Assembly: GCA_945890895.1 (NCBI GenBank)
Contig: CAMDDG010000008.1
Coordinates: 1,288-65,287 of the forward strand
Length of the DNA: 64,000 bases
Source of the DNA: Chitinophaga pinensis
Lineage (GTDB): Bacteria > Bacteroidota > Bacteroidia > NS11-12g > UBA955
Reading direction: 5' to 3'
Below, piece by piece: positions 8,070 through 18,600 of the stretch (within the stretch, counting starts at the first letter, position 1; every line of letters starts with the position of its first letter). The notes under the pieces are model-generated. The model saw only the letters and a list, made by a program, of their open reading frames with translations. It searched no databases and was not told the origin of the DNA. The position numbers were made by a program, and so were the translations under genes.

Positions 8070-10202
8070 TTGACAGAATCAAACGAAATCCAACCAGAAG
8101 TAACCTCAAGTCAAGAGGTTGCAGCTGAAAAAGCTCCCAAAAAACAAAACATTACAGAAAGCAAATCTTCTCACGATGATTTTGATTGGGACGCAGACGA
8201 GGCCGGTTTCCAATCGTATTCAAAAGAAGAGAAAGCGAAACTAGAGCAATCTTACACCAACACTTTTAACCCCGTTACTGAAAAGCAAGTGGTTAAAGGA
8301 CATGTAGTTGCCATCAATGAAAAAGATGTTGTTGTAAACATCGGTTTCAAGAGCGATGGATTAGTACCAAGACAAGAATTCCGCGATGTTTCCGATTTGA
8401 AAATCGGAGATGAAGTTGAAGTTTTTGTTGATGTAGCTGAAGACAAAATGGGTCAATTGATCCTTTCTCGTCGTAAAGCACTTCAAGAAACTGCTTGGGA
8501 AAAAATTGTTGAAGCTCATGAAAAAGACATGATCGTAACCGGTTACGTTCGTTCAAGAACTAAAGGTGGTTTAGTAGTTGATGTATTCAGCATCGATACA
8601 TTCTTACCCGGTTCTCAAATCGACACCAAGCCCGTTCGCGACTACGACCAGTATGTTGGTAAGAACATGGATTTCAAAATTGTTAAAATCAATGATATTT
8701 ACAAGAACGTTGTCGTTTCTCATAAAGCATTGATCGAAGACGATATTGAAGCACAAAAATCTGAAATTTTGTCGCGTCTAGAAAAAGGACAAGTACTTGA
8801 AGGGGTTGTTAAAAACATGACCAGCTTCGGTGTATTCGTTGACTTAGGCGGAATCGACGGTTTATTGCATATCACAGATATCTCTTGGGGTCGTATCAAC
8901 CACCCAGAAGAGGTGTTGAAATTAGATGAAAAAGTAAACGTTGTAATCTTGGATTACGATGATACTAAGAAGCGTATTTCTTTAGGCTTGAAGCAGCTTT
9001 CTGCTCATCCTTGGGATGATTTGGATCCATCTATTGTTGAAGGATCTAGAGTTAAAGGTAAAGTAGTTTCAGTTGCTGACTACGGTGCGTTTATCGAAAT
9101 CAAGCCAGGTGTAGAAGGATTGGTTCACGTTTCTGAAATGAGCTGGAGTTCACACTTACGCAATCCTTCTGAATACCTTTCAGTAGGTGAAGAAATCGAA
9201 GCGTTGGTGTTGGCTTTAGATCGTAACGAACATAAAATGAGCTTGGGTATCAAGCAATTGACTCAAGATCCTTGGGTTGATATCACCAACAAATACTCTG
9301 TAGGTAGCAAGCATTCTGGTGTAGTTAAGAACTTAACTTCATACGGTTTGTTCCTTGAGTTGGAAGAGGGTATCGACGGTCTAGTACACGTTTCTGATCT
9401 TTCTTGGAATAAGAAAATCAAGCATCCTAGCGAATTCGTTAAGAAAGGCGAGAAGTTGGATGTAATCGTGTTGGAAGTAGATGCTGAAAACAGAAGATTG
9501 AGCTTAGGACATAAGCAATTGGAAGAGAATCCTTGGGATACTTTCGAAACCATCTTCACTATCGGTTCATTGCATGAAGGTACTGTAACTTCTATCAACG
9601 ATAAAGGTGCAACTATCCAGTTACAATATGGTGTTGAAGCATTCGCTCCAACTCGTCATATCAAGAAGCAGGATAACAAGCCAATGAAAGAAGATGAGGT
9701 TATGGAATTCGAAGTTATCGAATTCAGCAAAGATTCTAAGAGAATCATTGTTTCTCATACCAATATCTGGAAAGGTGCGGAAAGAGCGAAGGCAGATCAA
9801 GACGATAAGTCTAAAGAGAAGTCACGCAAAAATGCTTCTAAAACTGTGAAGAAAATCAACCAATCATCTGAAAAAACCACTCTTGGTGACATGGATGCAT
9901 TGACTGAATTGAGAGCACAATTTGAAAAAGCTGAAGGTGCACCTGCAAAAGCAGCTAAAGCTAAAGCAGATGCTGAAGCAGCAGCAGCGGCAGAAACATC
10001 AAATTCTTCTGAAGGCATAGCTGAATTGAAGGATTTATCTGGTGTAGGTCCTGCAATGGTGAAAAGAATGAATGCTTTAGGAATCAACTCTATTGAAGAT
10101 TTGTTGGCTATCACCGACGAAAAAGCAGCAGAATTAGCAGAACAAGATGCTAAAATCTCTGCAGATCAATGGAACAAGTGGATTTCAGAAGCTAAAGGTT
10201 AA
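8070..10202 (+). CDS. rpsA: 30S ribosomal protein S1 with a C-terminal Ala/Lys-rich linker and helix-hairpin-helix extension
   Basis: Contains repeated S1 domains (GHVVAINEKDVVVNIGFKSDGLVP, GYVRSRTKGGLVVDV, GVVKNMTSFGVFVDLGGIDGLLHITD, etc.). The track start TTG 8040 lies inside the -7 box, so the in-frame TTG at 8070 (preceded by AGGAGG at 8055-8060) is preferred. The start remains uncertain. Confidence 0.9.
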   Translation: MTESNEIQPEVTSSQEVAAEKAPKKQNITESKSSHDDFDWDADEAGFQSYSKEEKAKLEQSYTNTFNPVTEKQVVKGHVVAINEKDVVVNIGFKSDGLVPRQEFRDVSDLKIGDEVEVFVDVAEDKMGQLILSRRKALQETAWEKIVEAHEKDMIVTGYVRSRTKGGLVVDVFSIDTFLPGSQIDTKPVRDYDQYVGKNMDFKIVKINDIYKNVVVSHKALIEDDIEAQKSEILSRLEKGQVLEGVVKNMTSFGVFVDLGGIDGLLHITDISWGRINHPEEVLKLDEKVNVVILDYDDTKKRISLGLKQLSAHPWDDLDPSIVEGSRVKGKVVSVADYGAFIEIKPGVEGLVHVSEMSWSSHLRNPSEYLSVGEEIEALVLALDRNEHKMSLGIKQLTQDPWVDITNKYSVGSKHSGVVKNLTSYGLFLELEEGIDGLVHVSDLSWNKKIKHPSEFVKKGEKLDVIVLEVDAENRRLSLGHKQLEENPWDTFETIFTIGSLHEGTVTSINDKGATIQLQYGVEAFAPTRHIKKQDNKPMKEDEVMEFEVIEFSKDSKRIIVSHTNIWKGAERAKADQDDKSKEKSRKNASKTVKKINQSSEKTTLGDMDALTELRAQFEKAEGAPAKAAKAKADAEAAAAAETSNSSEGIAELKDLSGVGPAMVKRMNALGINSIEDLLAITDEKAAELAEQDAKISADQWNKWISEAKG

Positions 10203-10223
10203 TCATAATAACTAAGTGAAAAA

Positions 10224-10253
10224 AGTCCCACCGATCTCGGTGGGACTTTTTTC
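10224..10253 (+). terminator. Rho-independent terminator after rpsA
   Basis: AGTCCCACCGA-TC-TCGGTGGGACT hairpin followed by a T-run. Confidence 0.8.
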
Positions 10254-10286
10254 TTTTAGTGGTTTTTGGTAACTTTGAGAGGAATA

Positions 10287-10952
10287 ATGGAAAATTTACA
10301 AGCTCAACTATTTGCTGCTTTCCTCATCAGTTTAATGCACGGTTTAATTCCCTCCCATTGGCTTCCATTGATTGCGTATGCCAAGAATCAAAAATGGGAT
10401 TGGAGTAGGTTAATGAGAGAAACGATCTTCATTTCCACCATACATACCTTAGGAACCATCATTATTGGATATTTTGTATATCACACGGCACATTTAAGTT
10501 ATATAGGTGCTGAATCTTTATCATCCTCCAACGAAGCATTGTCAGATACATTGGATGAATTGAAATTGAACTTGCCATTTGAAAAGTTCTCTGCGGTAAT
10601 TATGTTTTTATTGGGGTTGATTTTTCTCTATCGGCATTACCGACATAAACACTTTCATTTGGATCACAAACAATTTGGCAAGAACATGCGCATTGGAATA
10701 GCATTTGCCATGTTTTTAAGTCCGTGTATGGAGATTATCGGGTTTTATTTTACCTTGGCACCTTTGGGATTGGATGCGTTTTTCGATTTGAGTTTTATAT
10801 ATATTATAACTACTCAGGTGAGCATTACAGCTGGTGTCTTGCTATTCAATAAAGGATTGAGTAAAATCAATTCCCACAAATGGGAACACAACGCGGGGAT
10901 TTTCAGCAGTGTTTTGTTGATAATATCTGCGGTATTTATGTGGTTTTTTTAA
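10287..10952 (+). CDS. Polytopic membrane protein with a His-rich loop; possible divalent-metal transporter
   Basis: About 6 predicted TM helices, the motif HGLIPSHW in TM1, and the loop YRHYRHKHFHLDHK. The ATG at 10287 follows a TAACTTTG box (10270-10277). The track TTG at 10266 lies upstream of that box. Confidence 0.4.
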   Translation: MENLQAQLFAAFLISLMHGLIPSHWLPLIAYAKNQKWDWSRLMRETIFISTIHTLGTIIIGYFVYHTAHLSYIGAESLSSSNEALSDTLDELKLNLPFEKFSAVIMFLLGLIFLYRHYRHKHFHLDHKQFGKNMRIGIAFAMFLSPCMEIIGFYFTLAPLGLDAFFDLSFIYIITTQVSITAGVLLFNKGLSKINSHKWEHNAGIFSSVLLIISAVFMWFF

Positions 10953-11677
10953 TCCTTTGCTGGCTCTTCTAAGTATTTGTCAATTCCGTAGTGAATCACA
11001 TATAACAACGGTAAAAGCACAACAGCCATACCCAATTTATAAATGTAATTGATGGTTCCTACTTGCAGAACCCATTCTAACGAATAGTTTCCCCCGAAAT
11101 AAAACGCTATAATCAACACCACATAACTGTCTATAAACTGACTTATAGCAGTACTTCCAGTGGCTCTCAACCAAACCATTTTGTTTTGAGTACGTTCTTT
11201 GATTTTGGTGAAAATGAATGCGTCGGTAATTTGTCCCACCAAAAATGCCACCAACGATCCTAAAATAATCATCAAACCTTGTCCAAAAACGCTGTTGAAG
11301 GCGTTGGTCATATTGGATATTCCCTGATTTTGAGAGGATCCAATCCAAAAATCGGCACCTTTTAAATTCATGGCAATTCGAACCATGATAAAGCTGTAAA
11401 CCAACATAAAAACGGTTAAGTAGGAGAGTTTTTTCACTCCTTGCTTTCCAAAATATTCGTTAACGATATCGGTTAAAATGAATACAAAAGGCCATAATAT
11501 AACTCCAGCTGTCATATCAAGATTGAACAACTGCTGCCCCCATTTTAAATTCATGGGTGAAATTCCTAGTGTTTTTTCGACCGAAAATATTTTGGCTCCA
11601 ATAAATTCAGCAATGATGGCATTGGTTAGAAATATAAATCCCAAAACGATGAATAATTGGTTCTTTTTTTGTGGCAT
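10949..11677 (-). CDS. yhhQ: Queuosine-precursor transporter, YhhQ/Vut (DUF165) family
   Basis: GVILWPFVFILTDIVNEYFGKQG and the overall polytopic layout match YhhQ. A minus-strand TAGATTTG box (11710-11717) sits between the track start (11743) and the ATG at 11677, so 11677 is preferred. Confidence 0.7.
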   Translation of the reverse strand: MPQKKNQLFIVLGFIFLTNAIIAEFIGAKIFSVEKTLGISPMNLKWGQQLFNLDMTAGVILWPFVFILTDIVNEYFGKQGVKKLSYLTVFMLVYSFIMVRIAMNLKGADFWIGSSQNQGISNMTNAFNSVFGQGLMIILGSLVAFLVGQITDAFIFTKIKERTQNKMVWLRATGSTAISQFIDSYVVLIIAFYFGGNYSLEWVLQVGTINYIYKLGMAVVLLPLLYVIHYGIDKYLEEPAKD

Positions 11678-11821
11678 AATAAATGTAACAGAATTAAATG
11701 TTGAATGTTCAAATCTAAAATAAATTGGACACATTGTTTTCAATGTTCAAAAGGTTTTCTACAGTCGTTTTAAAAGGAATTAATTTTACATATTCTTTAA
11801 TTAGGATAAATATACATTTCG

Positions 11822-12895
11822 ATGAAAACCAATTTACCAATGAATTCCACCGTTTTTAAGATAAATAAAACTGTATATCAGCGATTGTTCTTCGTTCTTT
11901 TGGGATGTTTGAGCACTATTGTTTGTGCTCAACAGGTGCCTGCCAAACGCTTTAAAAGAGTGATTGAATTGATGGATCAAGATAAATTTTCGGATGCACG
12001 TGTATTAGCAGAAGAACTTTGTTCTGAATTCCCCGAAGATGCTAAATGTTTGTACACATTGGGAAATATTCAAATTCAACTTCGCGATTTTGGAACAGCA
12101 TTGGTGAATTTAAACAAGTCCATTTCGTTGGATCCATCGCTAAAAGAAGCGTATTTCAGTCGCTACATAGCGAATAAAGAAACACGTAATTTTCAATTCG
12201 CATTGGCCGATATCAATCGTTACCTACAATTTCATCCAGCTGATACCACCTCGCATTGGGCACGTTATAATTTGGCCATTTACATGAAGGAAAACGACGA
12301 TGCAATAGCTGATGGACAATGGTTTATTGATCGAAAAATTGGAGGTGATTCTATGATTTTAAAACAATTGAAATTGTTGGAGGAAGACAGTCGTTATCGC
12401 GATCAGTTGAAATTATTGAATAAAGTTATTGGATCCAAAACCTCGAATCCCTGGTGGTACTATCATCGTGCATTTGTAAATCACACCTTGGCAGAATATC
12501 AGAATTCCTTGGATGATTTGGAGAAGTTCATGGTATCGGAGCCCAAGTACATTCCGGCCATGAAATTGAGATTTGACAACCATTTTTATCTCAGAAATCT
12601 ACCAATTTGCGAAAAGTATATCATTGAATTGATCGATTTAGAACCCAATAATGGTTCATTTAAAGGCGATTATGGTCATATTTTGTTGCAAAAAGGCGAT
12701 TGGGCAAAAGCCGAAAGCGTTTTTGATCAAGCCATTCGGTTGAAATCCGATAACTTAGGATATGTATATTTGGGAAGAGCCATTGCTAAGTTCAACCAAG
12801 GCGATAAAGATTTGGCCTGTTCCGATTGGGAGCGCAGTTTGTTATTGGGAGAATCCGTTGCGCGAAAATATTTGACTCAATATTGTGGGAAGTAG
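11822..12895 (+). CDS. TPR-repeat protein with a signal peptide
   Basis: Has an N-terminal hydrophobic segment and multiple TPR-like units (CLYTLGNIQIQLRDFGTALVNLNKSISLDP, YVYLGRAIAKFNQGDKDLACSDWERSL). Confidence 0.7.
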   Translation: MKTNLPMNSTVFKINKTVYQRLFFVLLGCLSTIVCAQQVPAKRFKRVIELMDQDKFSDARVLAEELCSEFPEDAKCLYTLGNIQIQLRDFGTALVNLNKSISLDPSLKEAYFSRYIANKETRNFQFALADINRYLQFHPADTTSHWARYNLAIYMKENDDAIADGQWFIDRKIGGDSMILKQLKLLEEDSRYRDQLKLLNKVIGSKTSNPWWYYHRAFVNHTLAEYQNSLDDLEKFMVSEPKYIPAMKLRFDNHFYLRNLPICEKYIIELIDLEPNNGSFKGDYGHILLQKGDWAKAESVFDQAIRLKSDNLGYVYLGRAIAKFNQGDKDLACSDWERSLLLGESVARKYLTQYCGK

Positions 12896-12936
12896 ATAAT
12901 ATTTCATCATCCAATTTCGTTTTAACAACTAATATT

Positions 12937-14049
12937 ATGAATTTATTGAATCTGGTTTTTGTTGGTTTTTTGGGATGGACGTCGGTTTTAACCTTTGGCG
13001 TTTCCGAATTGATATCCCCAACAGAACTCCCATCCCCAAAAACAAAAATAGAGATTATAAAAACGGATAGTGGTAATTCGGGATTTGATACAATCACTAC
13101 TGTTGCTGAAGTCGATAGTTGTGTAGAACAAACTATTGAAAATGAATTTCGATATAAAAAATACTGGAGTTCAGCGCAGGATTACTCAATCATACATTTG
13201 GAGCAGGATTCAGTGGCATTGGATTTTCTCAACTCTGCCAATGTACAGTTTTGGAAACGAAATATTCAACTTTCCGAAGATTCATTTTTAGTTGTAAATC
13301 AACGCAATCGTCAAGTTTTAGATGTGTTGCCCAAAAAAGCGGTATTAAGCATTGAAAATGGACAAAATCTTAAGTCTTTAGCTGCTATTTATCGAAACTT
13401 AAGTACAGATTCCATAGAACCTACAATTAAGTTTGTTCGAGGACGGAAATCGTTTTTTAATTACGAAGGAATTGGTCAACATTTGGAACAAGGAATGCGA
13501 ATTTTTGCAGAGCACGATGTAAATCCGATGATTTGTCAAATGCTTTTATTGATTGAGAGTCCGAGTAATCCACGGGGAATTTCTGTATCTGGAGCTGCAG
13601 GACATTTTCAATTGATGCCGTCGGTGGCAAAGCGCTATGGATTAAGAGTGGTTGCACCTTACAATAGATATCATGCAGGTGATGAACGGTACAATTTTAC
13701 TAAATCAGCCCATGTTGCGGCTCGATTGGTAAAGGGGTACTGCATTCCACAGGCAAAAATGGTATGTAAAACATTGAACTTAGAGCCCGATTTGGACGCA
13801 TTATGGTTTAATTTACTGGTTTTACATATATACAATGCCGGTGGGGGAACATTGAATCATGTAGCAAAAAACATTCACCGGGAATTCAAAGATGGAAATG
13901 AATTGATCGTTACGTTATGGTCAACCCGAATAGGTAGATTTGGTAACAGCAGTCAGAATTATTCGCAACTTTGCTTGGCGAGTTACTTGTCGTATTCCGA
14001 ATTCTTAGAAAGTAAAAATTGGGTCAAAAACGATGAATTGCGCTTTTGA
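12937..14049 (+). CDS. Lytic transglycosylase (SLT) domain protein
   Basis: LLLIESPSNPRGISVSGAAGHFQLMPSVAKRYGL matches the SLT catalytic-Glu/Ser and MQLMP-like motifs. The ATG at 12937 gives a signal/TM N-terminus (MNLLNLVFVGFLGW). Confidence 0.7.
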   Translation: MNLLNLVFVGFLGWTSVLTFGVSELISPTELPSPKTKIEIIKTDSGNSGFDTITTVAEVDSCVEQTIENEFRYKKYWSSAQDYSIIHLEQDSVALDFLNSANVQFWKRNIQLSEDSFLVVNQRNRQVLDVLPKKAVLSIENGQNLKSLAAIYRNLSTDSIEPTIKFVRGRKSFFNYEGIGQHLEQGMRIFAEHDVNPMICQMLLLIESPSNPRGISVSGAAGHFQLMPSVAKRYGLRVVAPYNRYHAGDERYNFTKSAHVAARLVKGYCIPQAKMVCKTLNLEPDLDALWFNLLVLHIYNAGGGTLNHVAKNIHREFKDGNELIVTLWSTRIGRFGNSSQNYSQLCLASYLSYSEFLESKNWVKNDELRF

Positions 14050-14277
14050 TTGCAGTAACAAATGATTTTCATCAATAAAAATGTGTGCTGAATAGTACAC
14101 AATTACTTGAAAAATATGGAAATCATTTTTTTTTGATCAAATTAAATTATTGAAATTCTGCAAAATACCGATTCAATTTAGATAGATTTCAAATTGAATT
14201 CAATGTGAACAATTTATTATAAAGGGATTGATTCCATTTCTATATTTGCGATGCGATAATAGATTTCGTTTCAAGAC

Positions 14278-15591
14278 ATGAATAAAAATCGTTTTAAAAT
14301 TTGGGCAATAGCTTCTTTAATGGCTATAACCACCCCAACTTTTGCTCAAGATGCGCCAAATGCGGACAACGGTAAGAAGCTGTATGAGGCTAACAACTGC
14401 GGTAGCTGTCACGCTCTTGACAAAAAGATGGTGGGCCCTGCTCTAAGAGGTGTTCACGAAAGACGTTCAGAAGAATGGTTAATCCAATGGATTAGAAACA
14501 ACAAAAAATTCAGGGAGAGCGGTGATCCTGATGCAAATAAATTGTATCAAGAGTACGGCGGAGCTGCTATGAATATTTTTGAAAACTTGACACCAGCACA
14601 AGTTTTAGACATTGTTGAGTACATTAAAACAGCACCTGCTCCTTCTGCTCCTAAAACAACAGGTCCTGTTGTAGATTCTAATGCTGGAGATCAGGACGAT
14701 TCTTCAACAAAGTACATTTTATTAATATTAGTAGCGGTATTTGCTATCGTATTAATGGTGTTAGCACGTGTTAAAAACACGTTAAAAAGAATCGCTGCTG
14801 AGCGCGATGGTGATGTTGAAAGCTCTAAGAAACACGATCGTTGGTATCAGAAATTTTTACCTGAGAAATTGGGTAAAATGAACCCAACCGTATTAGCAAT
14901 TTTCACAACATTAATTATCGGTCTTCCAGCTGCGTGGTATGGTTATAAATTTGGAATAACTGAAGTGGGTGTTCAAAAAGGATATGCTCCCACACAACCA
15001 ATCGCATTTTCGCACAAGTTGCACGCTGGTGAGTTGAAGTTGGATTGTAAATACTGTCACTCAACTGTAGAGGAGAGTAAGAGTGCCTCCATTCCCGCAT
15101 TGAATACGTGTATGAACTGTCATAAAGGTGTTCAGTTAACCGACAAATACCACGGCGAAATTTCACCTGAAATCAAGAAAATCTATGCGGCTTTGGACTA
15201 CGATCCAGAAGGAATGCCGGGTAAGGAGTTTGGAAACAACCCGAAACCAATTCGTTGGGTTCGTATCCACAACTTGCCCGATCATGCATATTTCAATCAC
15301 TCTCAACACGTTGTAGTAGGAAAATTGCAGTGTCAATCGTGCCACGGTCCAATTGAAAAAATGGAAGTAGTACAACAATGGAGTACTTTACAAATGGGAT
15401 GGTGTATTGATTGTCATAGAAATACCGGAATCGATGCAGCAAATAATAACTATTATGCTGCGTTGCACTCAAAAGCTCAAAAAGATTTAAAAGAAAAACA
15501 AAACCACAGCCAGTACTTTGGTCCTGATGGCAAGGTGAAAATCACACCAGCTATGAACGGAGGTTTGGAATGTGCTAAGTGTCACTATTAA
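14278..15591 (+). CDS. actA: Alternative Complex III subunit ActA, multihaem cytochrome c with an N-terminal monohaem cytochrome c domain
   Basis: Six CxxCH motifs: CGSCH, CKYCH, CMNCH, CQSCH, CIDCH, CAKCH. It has a signal peptide, a mid-protein TM helix, and is first in the act operon. A TATATTTG box lies at 14241-14248. Confidence 0.85.
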   Translation: MNKNRFKIWAIASLMAITTPTFAQDAPNADNGKKLYEANNCGSCHALDKKMVGPALRGVHERRSEEWLIQWIRNNKKFRESGDPDANKLYQEYGGAAMNIFENLTPAQVLDIVEYIKTAPAPSAPKTTGPVVDSNAGDQDDSSTKYILLILVAVFAIVLMVLARVKNTLKRIAAERDGDVESSKKHDRWYQKFLPEKLGKMNPTVLAIFTTLIIGLPAAWYGYKFGITEVGVQKGYAPTQPIAFSHKLHAGELKLDCKYCHSTVEESKSASIPALNTCMNCHKGVQLTDKYHGEISPEIKKIYAALDYDPEGMPGKEFGNNPKPIRWVRIHNLPDHAYFNHSQHVVVGKLQCQSCHGPIEKMEVVQQWSTLQMGWCIDCHRNTGIDAANNNYYAALHSKAQKDLKEKQNHSQYFGPDGKVKITPAMNGGLECAKCHY

Positions 15592-15608
15592 TTATTAATA
15601 AAAGCAAA

Positions 15609-18600
15609 ATGTCGAATAATATTAAATATTGGAAAGGTGAGGAGGAACTAAACCGCGACGCGCAGTTCCTGGCAAACCAAAAGCACGAGTTCAGTGAGGC
15701 GCTTCCCTTAGAAGAAGTACTTTCTGAAGATGGGTTTGAATTGAATTCAAATCGCCGTGATTTCCTTAAATATTTTGGTTTCAGTGTGACTGCAGTTGCA
15801 TTAGCATCTTGTTACAAAACCAATGTTCGTTATGCAGTTCCTTACTTGGTAAAACCGGAAGAGGTAACACCGGGTGTAGCCAACTACTACCGTTCCACTT
15901 GTGGTGATTGTAGCGTAGGCTGTGGAGTTGAAGTAAAAGTTCGTGAAGGTCGTCCAATTAAATTGGATGGTAGCCCTGATTCCTTTGTTTCTAAAGGTGG
16001 TTTGTGCGCAACTGGACAAGCTTCAATATTATCACTTTACGATATGGAGCGTTTAGCTAATCCATTAGTAAAAGGTGCAGAACAAAAAGATTGGACAGCT
16101 ATTGATTCCGAGATCAAAGGAACTTTAGCTGCATTAAATACTCAAGGTAAAAAGGTTGTATTGTTAAGCAACAGCATCCATAGCCCTTCTACATTGAAGT
16201 CAATTGAAGCATTCAAATCGGTTTACACCAACGTAGAACATGTTAGCTATGATGCGGTTTCATACAACGCAATTTTGAGTGCTAATCAAGCTGATTTCGG
16301 TTTGAGAGCCATTCCAAATTACCGTTTTGAAAATGCAAAAGCAATCGTTTCATTTGGTGCTGATTTCTTGGGAACTTGGATTTCTCCAGTTCAGTTCCAA
16401 AATGCATATTCTGCTCACCGTCGTCCAACGGCTGAGGGTGGAATGTCGGTTCATATCCAATTTGAAAGTAACTTGTCAATGACAGGTACAAATGCAGATC
16501 ATCGTTTCCCGATGGTTGCATCCAAAGAATTGGCATATGTGTCAACCATGTACAATTACATAGCGAAGGCATTAGGATTAACTCAAATTCCAGTTCCAAC
16601 GAATTCTGAATTAGCAGGTAATTCAATTGAAACGGCTGCAAAAGTATTATTGAACAACAAGGGTAAAGCTTTGGTAATTTCTGGAAGCAATTCTATCGAA
16701 GTTCAAAAAGTAGTTAATGCCATTAACGTGTTGTTAGATAGTTATACATCTACCATCGATTTAACTAATTATTCTAAACAATATAACGGAGATGATACTG
16801 CGGTGAATAACGCATTCGCTGGTTTGAATAATGGTTCAGTTGCGGGTGTGATATTCTATGGAACTAACCCTGTATTTAATCATAATAAAGAGTGGTCTGC
16901 TGCAATTGCAAAAGCGAAGTTATCTGTATCATTTGCATCAAGCAAAGATGAGACTGCTGCGGTTTGTCAGTATGTTTTGCCCGATAATCATTTCTTGGAA
17001 AGTTGGTCAGACGCTGAGCCGATCAAAGGATTGTATCATTTTACACAGCCAACTATTTCTAAAGTATTCAATACGCGTCAAGCGCAAGAATCCTTGTTGA
17101 GTTGGGCAAATGCATTACCAGGTAGTGAAAACGATCCGTTCAAAAACAAACGTATTCTTTCTCAAAAACAAGATGTTTCGCCGTTCTATTTGTTCCTAAA
17201 ATCTAATTGGGAAGCTACTTTAGGAGAAGGATTCAACAAAGCGTTGGAAATGGGTTACTACCAGGCAGATTCGAACGTGTTAAATACGTTTACTATGCCA
17301 GCCTATGTTGGTAGCGTTGCTTCTTTAGCACCAGCCATTTCAAAAGCTGCTTCATCAACTGGAATTGATTTGGTGTTGTACCAATCAGTTGGTATGCGTG
17401 ATGGTAGCTCTGGAAACAACCCATGGCTATTTGAAATGCCAGATCCAGTAAGCAAAGTATGTTGGGATAATTATGTATCCTTACCGAAAGCTTTAGCAAA
17501 CAAATTGGGTGTTGAAAAAGATGATACTGTAAACATCGAAGTAAATGGTGTTAAATATGAAAATGTACCTGCGTTGATTCAACCAGGACAAGCAAATAAT
17601 ACCGTTGGTTTGGCAGTAGGTTTTGGACATACACATGCGGGTAAAGTAGGTGGTTCAATTGAAAATGGCTTTGCTCCTGTAGGTATCAATGCTTATCGTT
17701 TTGTTAACGCTAGCAGATCTAACGTAATTAGTAACGTTCAAATTACAAAAGGTGAAGACACGTATGTTTTAGCACAAACTCAAACTCACCATAGCATTGA
17801 AGGACGTGATATAGTTAGAGAATCTAACTTTACAGAATGGAAAAAGAATCCAAAAGCTGGAAACGAAAAAGCAGCTACACACATTTATACCATCTGGGAA
17901 AAACAAGATTATTTAAAAGACGGTTCTCCTAACCACCGTTGGGGAATGGCAATCGATTTGAATGCTTGTACTGGATGTGGTGCTTGTGTAGTGGCATGTT
18001 CTATTGAGAATAACGTACCTGTTGTGGGTAGAGATGAGATCCGTTTGCGTAGAGAAATGCATTGGATTCGTATTGATCGTTATTATTCATTTAGCAATAC
18101 TCAAAAAGAGAAATTTGAAGGTGCAAGCTATATCACTCGCGAAAAACAAATCGCAGAAGTAGATGATACCGACAAAGGCGAATTTGCTCATTGGGAAAAC
18201 ATTCAGGTAGTTCATCAACCGATGTTGTGCCAACATTGTGCACAAGCACCTTGCGAAACAGTTTGTCCTGTATTGGCTACGTCTCACTCTTCGGAAGGTT
18301 TGAACCAAATGACTTACAACCGTTGCATTGGTACCAAATACTGCGGAAACAACTGTCCGTATAAAGTTCGTCGTTTCAACTGGTTCCGTTATAACGATAA
18401 TGATGCGTTTGATTTCCACTTCAACAATCCATTAGGTAAAATGGTAATCAATCCAGATGTAACGGTAAGAACACGTGGTGTAATGGAAAAATGTTCATTC
18501 TGCGTACAAAGAATTCAAGAATCTAAATTGAAGGCAAAACGCGAAGGCAAATCCATGAAAGAAGTTGAAGTAAAAACTGCATGTCAACGTACTTGTCCAT

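Noticed and set aside
9263-9598. Nested or antisense track ORFs inside long genes (for example 9263-9598, 16282-16641, 18087-18419, 21474-21812, 32282-32668, 32728-33066, 35925-36221, 40421-40792, 43069-43413, 61811-62167)
   Set aside because: Each lies wholly within a well-supported gene on the other strand or in another frame. Their compositions are low-complexity and they lack promoter boxes of their own.
11678-11821. Possible preQ1 riboswitch upstream of the YhhQ-like queuosine-precursor transporter
   Set aside because: I inspected the minus-strand leader and could not find the conserved preQ1-I/II/III core (short hairpin followed by an A-rich tail pairing with a CCC-type loop). The leader after the -7 box is only ~27 nt. 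An Rfam/Infernal scan would settle it.
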